IMG/VR virus record: IMGVR_UViG_3300031951_000045
From: an uncultured virus (IMG/VR IMGVR_UViG_3300031951_000045)
Taxonomy: Duplodnaviria > Heunggongvirae > Uroviricota > Caudoviricetes
DNA length: 53,891 nt
Direction: 5' to 3' (one strand)
The position numbers were made by a program, and so were the translations under genes. The notes under the pieces were generated by a model. The model was not told where the DNA came from. It saw only the letters and a program-made list of their open reading frames with translations, and searched no databases. Positions 46,380 to 53,891 of this stretch are shown piece by piece (within the stretch, counting starts at the first letter, position 1; every line of letters begins with the position of its first letter).

Positions 46380-46831
46380 AATTGATCGCACATAGAGGAA
46401 ATTTGAATGGACCAAATCCCACTAGAGAAAATAGTATTGATTATATTGAAGAAGCTATATCTGAAGGTTTTGACGTAGAGATTGATTTGAGACATAAAGA
46501 TCAACGTTTTTATTTGGGACATGATGAACCACAATATCATGCACCTATGACTTGGTTAGTTAAATGGAAAGACAATCTTTGGATTCATTGTAAAGAACTA
46601 GAATCTTTAGACAAAATTTCCAATAGTCCAATAGATTTTAATTATTTTTGGCATCAGGAAGATGACTTTACGTTGACAAGCAAAAAATATATTTGGACTT
46701 ATCCTGGAAAATCTTATACATCAAATTCTGTCATTGTTATGCCAGAAATAAATTTAGATATAAATTCATTTAGTAAATTAAGAACATATGAATGTTTTGG
46801 TGTTTGTAGTGATTATCTGAATAAAATTTAA
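46376..46831 (+). CDS. Short glycerophosphodiester phosphodiesterase (GDPD)-like protein
   Basis: IAHRGN..EN..GFDVEID..LGHD..WIHCK..GVCSD. Confidence 0.75.
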   Translation: MKLIAHRGNLNGPNPTRENSIDYIEEAISEGFDVEIDLRHKDQRFYLGHDEPQYHAPMTWLVKWKDNLWIHCKELESLDKISNSPIDFNYFWHQEDDFTLTSKKYIWTYPGKSYTSNSVIVMPEINLDINSFSKLRTYECFGVCSDYLNKI

Positions 46832-46848
46832 AAAGAAGTTTTTTTACA

Positions 46849-47532
46849 ATGAAAATAGCACTTTGTTTATCTGGTCAACCTAGATATTTGGACGAAGGAT
46901 ACAAACAAATTTATGAAAATATATTATCAAAATATTCTGTTGATACATTTATTCATACTTGGTGGGATTCTGCAATTACTAATCAAAAAATGATAGGTTC
47001 TGATCATAATAGAACATATTTTTGGAAAGAAGATACTATACAATTAATAAAAGAATATTATTCCCCTATTGAATTTTTGTATGAACCACAGATAGAATTT
47101 GAAACATATTCTGATGTGAATTATGAATTACTTACTCCAATGAATGTTCATAGTATGTTTTATTCAATCCAGGAGTCGAATGAATTAAAAATAAAATATG
47201 AACAAGAGAATAATTTTGTTTATGATGCAGTAGTTAGATGTAGATTTGATATTTTATTTAATAAATTTGATATTAAACTTATTGATTTGGATTTGAATTT
47301 AATCAATTGCTATATGCTTAATGATGAATTTCCAAATGATCAATTTGCAATTTCATCATCATTTAATATGAACATATACTCTAAGATTTTTAGTAATTTA
47401 GAAAAGTATAAACAATCTGGATGGACTGGATTTATTGGAGAAAGGATTTTAAAGCATCATTTAGAAATGAATAATTTAAATTTTAATAAAAAAATTCAAG
47501 ACAAAATAAACGTTAATATTATAAAAAAATGA
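46849..47532 (+). CDS. Putative glycosyltransferase-like protein, paralogue of 42799..43524
   Basis: MKIALCLSGQPR..D.FIHTW..SMFYS..YDAVVRCRFD..NDQFAI..M..Y..E..L. Confidence 0.6.
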   Translation: MKIALCLSGQPRYLDEGYKQIYENILSKYSVDTFIHTWWDSAITNQKMIGSDHNRTYFWKEDTIQLIKEYYSPIEFLYEPQIEFETYSDVNYELLTPMNVHSMFYSIQESNELKIKYEQENNFVYDAVVRCRFDILFNKFDIKLIDLDLNLINCYMLNDEFPNDQFAISSSFNMNIYSKIFSNLEKYKQSGWTGFIGERILKHHLEMNNLNFNKKIQDKINVNIIKK

Positions 47533-48482
47533 AAATAGCATTTCATGATAATTCTCTTTCTTTGAGGGGAACTACTGTAGCAATTTATGATTGGGCATAT
47601 TGGACTAGGCATTATCTTGGAATTGAACCAATTATTATGTTTGATGTGAATCATTCTGCAAATGATTCTGGTGTTATTGAAAAATTTGAATCTGAATTTT
47701 CGGTATTTGGGTATTCAAATTTAAGCCAAATTGATACTATTTTGGAAAAAAATAATTGTGATGCCTTTTTGATGGAAAAGGGAGGTGAACCAGATGGGGT
47801 ACTTTCATCTGTATGTAAAAATTTAATTAATGCTATTTCTGGAAATTGGAAATCAGAATGGGTGCATGGAGATGTTTATGCTATGGGATCTAAATGGTTA
47901 TCAAAAATAACTGATTATAAAATTCCATATGTTCCTTACATGGTTTATCTTCCCAATACTGATGAAAATATGAGGAATGAACTGGGAATTCCTCAAAATG
48001 ATTTAGTTTTTGGTAGAAATGGTGGATGGGAAACTTTTGATTTGGATTTTGTGAAGCAAGCAATTGTTGAAGTTTTGGAAGAAAGAACTGACATTTGGTT
48101 TGTTTTTCAATTTACCGAACCCTTTGTCAATCACGAAAGAGTGATATATCTTCCTGGAACTGCTAATTTGGAAACAAAAGTTAAATTCATTAATACATGT
48201 GATGTTATGCTTCATGCAAGACAAGTTGGTGAATCTTTTGGATTATCTTGTGCGGAATTTTCAATCAGAAATAAACCTGTTATTACTTATTACAATTCAC
48301 CAGAAAAAAATCACATAGATACTTTAGGAGAAAAGGGAATTTATTACGAAAATAAATCAGATATTCTTCATATTCTTAGAAATTTAGATAAAAATGAAAT
48401 AAATGTATTAGAATGGAATTGTTATCGGGAGTATTCTCCAGAAAAAGTAGTTCAAAAATTTAAAGAGGTTTATTTGAAATGA
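47529..48482 (+). CDS. GT-B (GT4-like) glycosyltransferase
   Basis: RGTTVA.YD.A..R.ELGIP..GR.GG..CDVMLHAR..GESFGL..AE. Confidence 0.75.
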   Translation: MKIAFHDNSLSLRGTTVAIYDWAYWTRHYLGIEPIIMFDVNHSANDSGVIEKFESEFSVFGYSNLSQIDTILEKNNCDAFLMEKGGEPDGVLSSVCKNLINAISGNWKSEWVHGDVYAMGSKWLSKITDYKIPYVPYMVYLPNTDENMRNELGIPQNDLVFGRNGGWETFDLDFVKQAIVEVLEERTDIWFVFQFTEPFVNHERVIYLPGTANLETKVKFINTCDVMLHARQVGESFGLSCAEFSIRNKPVITYYNSPEKNHIDTLGEKGIYYENKSDILHILRNLDKNEINVLEWNCYREYSPEKVVQKFKEVYLK

Positions 48483-49372
48483 AATCATTAGTAACAGGTG
48501 GAGCAGGATTTATTGGATCAAATCTTGTTGATGAATTGATTGAACTTGGACATGAAGTTATTGTAATTGATAATGAATTTTCCGATGTTCATGATCAATT
48601 TTATTGGAATACAAAAGCAAAAAATTATAAGTATGATATTCGGGATTATGAAAATACGCGACCTTTGTATGAAGGTGTAGATTATGTATTTCATCTTGCT
48701 GCTGAGGCAAGGATTCAACCAGCAATTTTAAGTCCTATTGAAGCAGTTAGTATTAATTGTGTAGGTACTGTTACAGTCCTTCAGTGTGCTAGAGAAGCAG
48801 GAGTAAAGAAAGTGATTTATTCTTCTACATCTTCTGGTTATGGATTTAATGAAAAACCAAATCACGAAAATCAACGAGATGATTGTTTAAATCCATATTC
48901 GGTATCTAAAGTTGCTGGAGAAAAACTCTGCAAAATGTATAATGACTTATTTGGTCTTAAAACAATTTCCTTTAGGTATTTTAATGTTTATGGTGAAAGG
49001 CAACCTTTAAAAGGACAATATGCTCCAGTTATTGGTATTTTCTTACGTCAACGAAAGGATGGTGAACCTCTTACTATTGTTGGGGATGGGGAACAACGTA
49101 GAGACTTTACACACGTATCTGATGTAGTTCAAGCAAATATTCTTGCAGCAACAAAAGATATTGATGATGAATATTATGGTGAACTTTATAATGTGGGTAA
49201 TGGTGTGAATTACTCAATTAATGAAATTGCAAATGTTATATCTGATAAACAAATAAATATTCCAGCAAGAATTGGAGAATCACGAATTACTCTTGCAAAT
49301 AATGGAAAATTGAGAACCATTTTTGGATGGAGACCTCAAGTAAATTTAATGGATTGGATTAAAACTCAATGA
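48479..49372 (+). CDS. NAD-dependent nucleotide-sugar epimerase/dehydratase
   Basis: VTGGAGFIGS, HLAA, SSTSS, PY..SK, RYFNVYG, RDFTHV. Confidence 0.92.
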   Translation: MKSLVTGGAGFIGSNLVDELIELGHEVIVIDNEFSDVHDQFYWNTKAKNYKYDIRDYENTRPLYEGVDYVFHLAAEARIQPAILSPIEAVSINCVGTVTVLQCAREAGVKKVIYSSTSSGYGFNEKPNHENQRDDCLNPYSVSKVAGEKLCKMYNDLFGLKTISFRYFNVYGERQPLKGQYAPVIGIFLRQRKDGEPLTIVGDGEQRRDFTHVSDVVQANILAATKDIDDEYYGELYNVGNGVNYSINEIANVISDKQINIPARIGESRITLANNGKLRTIFGWRPQVNLMDWIKTQ

Positions 49373-50073
49373 ATTTATTGATAGAATATTTTAGATCCCC
49401 TGATTATCAGAGGCATAGTGAATATCTTACTTGTATTCACGAGAATTTGGAAAATGAGTACATTGATAAAGTTTATATTTTTATATCAGATGATGCAAAG
49501 TTAAATTTTCAATCTGATAAAATAGAAATCATTCAAAGGGAAGAACGACCAACATATAAAGATCTTTTTGAATTTTGTAATGAAAATCTAAAAGATCAAA
49601 TTTGTATTATTGCAAATGCTGATATTATTCTTGATGAAACTTTATCTGCAGTTAAAGAAACTAATTTAGATAATATTTTTGTTGCTTTAACACGATGGGA
49701 AGTATTTTGCCAAAATGGTGAGTGGTGTATTGCTCCATTTGATAATTCTTCTTCCCAAGATGTTTGGATATTTACTTCACCAATTAAAACAACTGATGAG
49801 ATGGAATTTACTTTAGGTAAACCTGGATGTGATAATAAAATTGCTAAATTGATGGCAGAACAGGGATACATTTTAAAAAATCCAGGAAAACAAATAGTAT
49901 GTGCTCATTATCATATTTCTGGACATAGAAATTATAATAATGGTGATAGAATTCCTGGTCCATATACTTGCTTAGTGCCAAATAATGATATTAATACAGA
50001 AACACAACTTATTGAAATTGATGGTTTTGATGAACAAGGACGAGCATACATTATACAGAAGGAAAGATCATAA
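49369..50073 (+). CDS. Putative glycosyltransferase-like protein
   Basis: R..E...C...N..RPTY..ANADI..ALTRW..SQD.WIF..G..GCDN. Confidence 0.55.
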   Translation: MNLLIEYFRSPDYQRHSEYLTCIHENLENEYIDKVYIFISDDAKLNFQSDKIEIIQREERPTYKDLFEFCNENLKDQICIIANADIILDETLSAVKETNLDNIFVALTRWEVFCQNGEWCIAPFDNSSSQDVWIFTSPIKTTDEMEFTLGKPGCDNKIAKLMAEQGYILKNPGKQIVCAHYHISGHRNYNNGDRIPGPYTCLVPNNDINTETQLIEIDGFDEQGRAYIIQKERS

Positions 50074-50873
50074 TGAAAGTTGGAATAATCGGAAATGGAT
50101 TTGTTGGTAATGCCATATACCAAAATCTAAAAAATAAGATTCAAAATTTATTTGTTTTTGATGTTGATGAAAACAAATCTTTAAATTCTTATGATGAAAC
50201 TATAAATTCAGATATTGTTTTTGTTTGTCTTCCAACACCAATGAAAAATAAAATGGGTGGAGGGTGTAATTTATCTTATATTGAATCATTTTTTGATACT
50301 CTTCCTAAAAATCTATCTGGAATTTTTGTTATAAAATCTACTGTTCCTATTGGAACTACCGAGGAATTGAGTGAAAAAAGATTAGATCTAAAAATAATTC
50401 ATAATCCAGAATTCTTAACTGCCAGAAATTCTGTAGAAGATTTTAATAATGCTGATAGAAATATTATTGGTGGAGAAAAAGAATCATCTCAAAAACTAGA
50501 AAATTTTTATTTAAACTATTTTCCTCATATCAAAACTATTTTAGTTTCTTCTGAAGAATCTGAATCAATAAAATACTTTTCTAACACATATCTTTCAATG
50601 AAAGTTACTTATTTTAATTTAATGTTTGATTTATGTGACAAACTTGGAATTGATTTTGAAAAAGTTAGAAGTGGTGTTTGTTTGGATAAAAGGATTGGTG
50701 AATCTCATAGTTTGGTTCCGGGTATTGATGGAGACAGGGGATTTGGTGGAACTTGTTTTCCGAAAGATTTAAATGCTCTTAATGAAACTTTTAATGATAA
50801 CGATTTGAATAGTTCTATATTTTCTGAGATTTGGAATTATAACATTAAGATTAGAAAAAATATTGATTGGTGA
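50073..50873 (+). CDS. UDP-glucose/GDP-mannose dehydrogenase family protein (short form)
   Basis: GNGFVG, CLPTP, IKSTVP.GT, NPEFL, KY..N, GFGGTCFPKD. Confidence 0.85.
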   Translation: MKVGIIGNGFVGNAIYQNLKNKIQNLFVFDVDENKSLNSYDETINSDIVFVCLPTPMKNKMGGGCNLSYIESFFDTLPKNLSGIFVIKSTVPIGTTEELSEKRLDLKIIHNPEFLTARNSVEDFNNADRNIIGGEKESSQKLENFYLNYFPHIKTILVSSEESESIKYFSNTYLSMKVTYFNLMFDLCDKLGIDFEKVRSGVCLDKRIGESHSLVPGIDGDRGFGGTCFPKDLNALNETFNDNDLNSSIFSEIWNYNIKIRKNIDW

Positions 50874-50918
50874 ATATAATTTAGAAAATCATAATACAAT
50901 TAGGTATAAATTACTACT

Positions 50919-50955
50919 AGAGGGGCTTGACCCCTCTTTATTTTTGCTATATACT
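50919..50955 (+). promoter_or_regulatory. Terminator hairpin with embedded sigma70 promoter for hli cluster
   Basis: AGAGGGG-cttga-CCCCTCT plus T-rich tail; TTGACC (50927)-17nt-TATACT (50950). Confidence 0.7.
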
Positions 50956-50982
50956 TTTGTAATGTTTCTTAACAAAACTTAT

Positions 50983-51192
50983 ATGACTGTAACAACCAAT
51001 GAACGTGGTCAGCAAAATATGTGGGCAATTGAACCCCCTGTTTATATTTCTGACGAAGATGCTATCAAATATGGAATGAAGACTTATGCTGAACGTGCAG
51101 AACTTGCCAATGGACGCTGGGCAATGGTCGGTTTTGTTGCTGGTATCATTTCTTATGCTAGCACTGGCAACTTCTTCTTCGGAGTCTTCTGA
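50983..51192 (+). CDS. hli: High-light-inducible protein with N-terminal extension
   Basis: AELANGRWAMVGF chlorophyll-binding helix; MTVTTNERGQQNMWAIEP leader. Confidence 0.9.
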   Translation: MTVTTNERGQQNMWAIEPPVYISDEDAIKYGMKTYAERAELANGRWAMVGFVAGIISYASTGNFFFGVF

Positions 51193-51278
51193 TGACTGAA
51201 GTAATCTTCACACTCACTGCAGTTGCCTTTTTCGTACTTTTGGGTTATGCTGTAGAGAAAGTCGCAGAAACTTACTGA
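51192..51278 (+). CDS. Small single-TM peptide (28 aa, not in ORF track)
   Basis: TGATG coupling on both sides; MTEVIFTLTAVAFFVLLGYAVEKVAETY. Confidence 0.6.
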   Translation: MTEVIFTLTAVAFFVLLGYAVEKVAETY

Positions 51279-51442
51279 TGAGTGCTGGAATGCTTGGGCA
51301 ACTTAGTCTTGCCCTTCAACAACTTGTAGAAGAAGGTGCCTGGTCTGATGATGATGAACTTAAAGTTTGTATCGCAGGCACCCTAAAGAAAGACAAATTT
51401 ATTGTTATTCAAAACACAACTAAAAGAGGAGAAACAAAATGA
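51278..51442 (+). CDS. Small hypothetical protein (54 aa, not in ORF track)
   Basis: MSAGMLGQLSLALQQLVEEGAWSDDDELKVCIAGTLKKDKFIVIQNTTKRGETK; coupled on both sides. Confidence 0.65.
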   Translation: MSAGMLGQLSLALQQLVEEGAWSDDDELKVCIAGTLKKDKFIVIQNTTKRGETK

Positions 51443-51558
51443 AAAATCTTTTTACTGAAAAGGCGGAACGTATTAATGGTTGGTTTGCAATGATTGGATT
51501 CGTTGCTGCTGTCGGTTCTTATCTTGTTACTGGGCAAGTAATTCCAGGTGTATTTTGA
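51439..51558 (+). CDS. hli: Second high-light-inducible protein (39 aa, not in ORF track)
   Basis: AGGAG SD; MKNLFTEKAERINGWFAMIGFVAAVGSYLVTGQVIPGVF with TGQ.IPG.F tail. Confidence 0.9.
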   Translation: MKNLFTEKAERINGWFAMIGFVAAVGSYLVTGQVIPGVF

Positions 51559-51569
51559 TGGAGGTTACT

Positions 51570-52097
51570 ATGCGTAAAGAACAATATCAAGTTCCTCAAG
51601 TAGAATTCGTATTTCGTGAGTCTGGTGAGTTTGTAAATAAAACATCTGCAGATCTTTTCGATGGAAAACGTGTGGTTATTTTTAGCTTGCCTGGTGCTTT
51701 CACTCCTACTTGCAGTGCCTATCAGTTACCTGGATTCGAAGAGAAATATGACGACTTTCTGGGTCTCGGCATCGACGATATTTACTGCATCTCTGTTAAT
51801 GATGGGTTTGTGATGAATGCCTGGGCACAAGACCAAAACATTGAGAAAGTCAAACTCATTCCAGACGGCAATGCTTACTTCACACGTTCTATGGGAATGC
51901 TTGTCAATAAGTCTAACCTTGGTTTCGGAGATCGCTCTTGGCGTTATGCTGCAGTCGTGGATAACGGAATCATCGAAAAACTATTCGTTGAAGTGGGGCA
52001 ACGGGACAATGCAGACACCGACCCTTACGAAACGACTACTCCAGAAGTGGTTTTCGAATATGTGAAGATAACTGTTAGGGAAACATCACAAGTTTGA
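51570..52097 (+). CDS. Peroxiredoxin (Prx5/type II)
   Basis: GGAGG SD; FSLPGAFTPTCS..SVND.FVM.AW..DGN..RSWRY. Confidence 0.92.
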   Translation: MRKEQYQVPQVEFVFRESGEFVNKTSADLFDGKRVVIFSLPGAFTPTCSAYQLPGFEEKYDDFLGLGIDDIYCISVNDGFVMNAWAQDQNIEKVKLIPDGNAYFTRSMGMLVNKSNLGFGDRSWRYAAVVDNGIIEKLFVEVGQRDNADTDPYETTTPEVVFEYVKITVRETSQV

Positions 52098-52116
52098 AAT
52101 AATAAGATATAATATG

Positions 52117-52150
52117 AAACCCTGTTGCTAAATAAGCAGCAGGGTTTTTT
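52117..52150 (+). terminator. Terminator with late-promoter-like CTAAATA across its loop
   Basis: AAACCCTGTTGCT-aaata-AGCAGCAGGGTTT followed by TTT. Confidence 0.8.
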
Positions 52151-52156
52151 AGTATT

Positions 52157-52321
52157 ATGCCACGCGGACAATTGACCAAAGAAATCATTAAGTGTGAAGT
52201 TCTCAAATTAAAATCTGAGTTAGATAAGGAGTGGATGAATAAAACTGAATATGATCCAAAATGGTTGGCACACCATTATTTAAATAAGGTTATTGACAAA
52301 ATAGAAGAGTATAGGCATTGA
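52157..52321 (+). CDS. Small hypothetical protein (54 aa, not in ORF track)
   Basis: MPRGQLTKEIIKCEVLKLKSELDKEWMNKTEYDPKWLAHHYLNKVIDKIEEYRH. Confidence 0.65.
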   Translation: MPRGQLTKEIIKCEVLKLKSELDKEWMNKTEYDPKWLAHHYLNKVIDKIEEYRH

Positions 52322-52358
52322 AATGGATAAATATCTTCAGTGTTTAGAAATATAAAAA

Positions 52359-53030
52359 ATGACATTAGATCTTCATAACTTTTTCAAGTATTATGATGAT
52401 GGTAATGCGAATCATGTATCAGCAGTTCAATGGTTAGAGGATAACCTTCCTGCTCAATTTATGGATGACTCAGAATCTGAATGGATTGGAATTTTTAGAA
52501 CAAAACCACCAACTCCAGCAGTTCTTGATGTTCCATACTTTAACCAAGTAGACAACTATAGAGATGCACAAAGAACTTGCAACTCTTCATCGTGTGCAAT
52601 GTGTCTTGCTTTCCTCAAACCAGGAAGCATTAAAGGTGATGATGAGTATGTTAAGAAAGTATTTGCGATTGGTGATACTACAGACCATGCAGTTCAAACT
52701 AAAGTTCTACAAGGTTATGGTATTAAATCACACTTTAGTTATAATTTAAGTTTTGTTGATATTGATAAGAGTCTTGATAGAGGAAAACCTGTTGTTATTG
52801 GTATTCTTCACCGTGGTTCTCTAACTTCTCCTACTGGTGGGCACATGTGCGTGGTCATTGGTAAGACTCCAGATGGTAAGGGATATTATATTAATGATCC
52901 TTATGGTTCTCTCAATGACAATTATACTGGTCCCGTAACGAATGGTAAGAAAACCATTTATACCAAAGCAGTTCTTAAGCACCGTTGGGCACCTACCGGA
53001 GGGGACGGATGGGGTCGTATCTTTGATTGA
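52359..53030 (+). CDS. Peptidase C39-like protein (candidate endolysin)
   Basis: VPYFNQ..CNSSSCAM..GGH..V.IG..NDPYG (Q/C/H/D); GATAAATA upstream. Confidence 0.78.
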   Translation: MTLDLHNFFKYYDDGNANHVSAVQWLEDNLPAQFMDDSESEWIGIFRTKPPTPAVLDVPYFNQVDNYRDAQRTCNSSSCAMCLAFLKPGSIKGDDEYVKKVFAIGDTTDHAVQTKVLQGYGIKSHFSYNLSFVDIDKSLDRGKPVVIGILHRGSLTSPTGGHMCVVIGKTPDGKGYYINDPYGSLNDNYTGPVTNGKKTIYTKAVLKHRWAPTGGDGWGRIFD

Positions 53031-53046
53031 TAAATAATAATGCCTT

Positions 53047-53122
53047 AATTGGTTCGCATCTTTAAGGTAGAGGGGGAGCAGAAATGCTCCTTTTCTTGTA
53101 TAAATACTATTGCGAACCAATT
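53047..53122 (+). promoter_or_regulatory. Inverted repeat enclosing a terminator-like hairpin and a late promoter
   Basis: AATTGGTTCGCA (53047-58) and TGCGAACCAATT (53111-22); inner GGAGCA-gaaa-TGCTCC plus TTTT; TATAAATA at 53099-106. Confidence 0.7.
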
Positions 53123-53133
53123 TAAGAGTAGAA

Positions 53134-53769
53134 ATGATAAATCCTAACAGGTTTTATACCTATGCCTATTTGCGTGAGGATAGAACTCCTTATTACATAG
53201 GTAAGGGAGTAAGATATAGATTATTTGAAGGTAGTGGAAAACCTTGTCCTGTTCCAAAAGATAAAAATAGAATAATCTTTCTCAAACAAAATCTTATAGA
53301 AGAGGAAGCATTTAAACACGAAACTTATATGATAAGTGTGTTCGGCAGAAAGATTGATGGTGGAATTCTTTTGAATAAAACTTTTGGTGGTGAAGGTGCT
53401 TCTGGTAGAGTAGTCAAAGATTCCACCAGAGTAATTCTTAAAGAGAAATGTAGTGGGTGGAAACACACACCAGAAGCAATAGAAAAAATAAGACAAAGTT
53501 CTTTGAGTAGGATATATTCCCCAAAAAGTGAGGAAACAAAAAGAAAAATAAGTAATACTCTAAAAGGAAGAAAATTATCAAAAGAGTTGGTAGATAAAAG
53601 AACTCAATCTGTCTGTAAAAATACTTATGTCATAATATCACCAGATGGGGTTAAATATAATACCAATAATTTAAAAGAATTCCAAAGACAAAATAATTTA
53701 AAACATCTTTATGATGTGGTTTCTGGTAAAAGGAAACAAGAGAAAGGTTGGACTGCTTTTAAAATATAA
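53134..53769 (+). CDS. GIY-YIG-type homing endonuclease with NUMOD3-like repeats
   Basis: FYTYAY..PYYIGKG..R..E..I..FGR..L.N.T.GGEG; KHTPEAIEKIR and SEETKRKIS repeats. Confidence 0.85.
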   Translation: MINPNRFYTYAYLREDRTPYYIGKGVRYRLFEGSGKPCPVPKDKNRIIFLKQNLIEEEAFKHETYMISVFGRKIDGGILLNKTFGGEGASGRVVKDSTRVILKEKCSGWKHTPEAIEKIRQSSLSRIYSPKSEETKRKISNTLKGRKLSKELVDKRTQSVCKNTYVIISPDGVKYNTNNLKEFQRQNNLKHLYDVVSGKRKQEKGWTAFKI

Positions 53770-53791
53770 ATAACTAAAAAGGATTCGCAAG

Positions 53792-53891
53792 ATGGACGCA
53801 CAAGATTTTCGTAGTCTTCAAGAAGCATATTTGGAAGTCGTTAGTAATAATAATGAGTTGAGTGAAATGTCTTATAAAAAACTTCCTGTCG
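53792..53891 (+). CDS. Late protein, 3' truncated by window edge
   Basis: TATAAATA at 53765-72; MDAQDFRSLQEAYLEVVSNNNELSEMSYKKLPV.. Confidence 0.7.
   Translation, partial: MDAQDFRSLQEAYLEVVSNNNELSEMSYKKLPV

Noticed and set aside
35920..51569. Long upstream starts in the ORF track for 35920, 41231, 43469, 46322, 50863 and 51480
   Set aside because: They overlap upstream genes or promoters; downstream ATGs (36073, 41288, 43568, 46376, 50983, 51570) fit coupling, SD or domain starts better.
799..53496. All minus-strand and alternative-frame ORFs in the track (e.g. 5064..5666, 11194..11730, 32166..32702)
   Set aside because: They lie within well-supported + strand genes, show no recognisable motifs and look like shadow ORFs.

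Overview
This is a 54-kb, AT-rich segment of a T4-like cyanomyophage genome, with all credible genes on the + strand. Cyanophage markers include two hli genes, a cyanobacterial SLH porin, hsp20, mazG and a DUF4278-type peptide. In order it carries: (1) the replication/recombination core (gp55 partial, gp47, gp46, gp45, denV-like, gp44, gp62, regA, hsp20, gp43, uvsX, 2OG oxygenase, gp41, mazG); (2) late genes, including modular Lys/Glu-rich proteins with T4 capsid-targeting-like N-termini; (3) gp61 primase, a fractured nrdA whose halves carry the two parts of a naturally split intein around a free-standing GIY-YIG endonuclease, and nrdB; (4) tandem glutamine-riboswitch-like aptamers, the second with a 50-codon ORF inside its P2 loop, upstream of a DUF4278-type peptide; (5) a lysozyme, a porin and small membrane peptides; (6) a ~16.7-kb, 21-gene glycan-synthesis island; (7) hli genes, a peroxiredoxin, a C39-like peptidase and another GIY-YIG endonuclease. 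No tRNA, rRNA or CRISPR array was seen. All family calls come from motif recognition by eye; no database searches were run.
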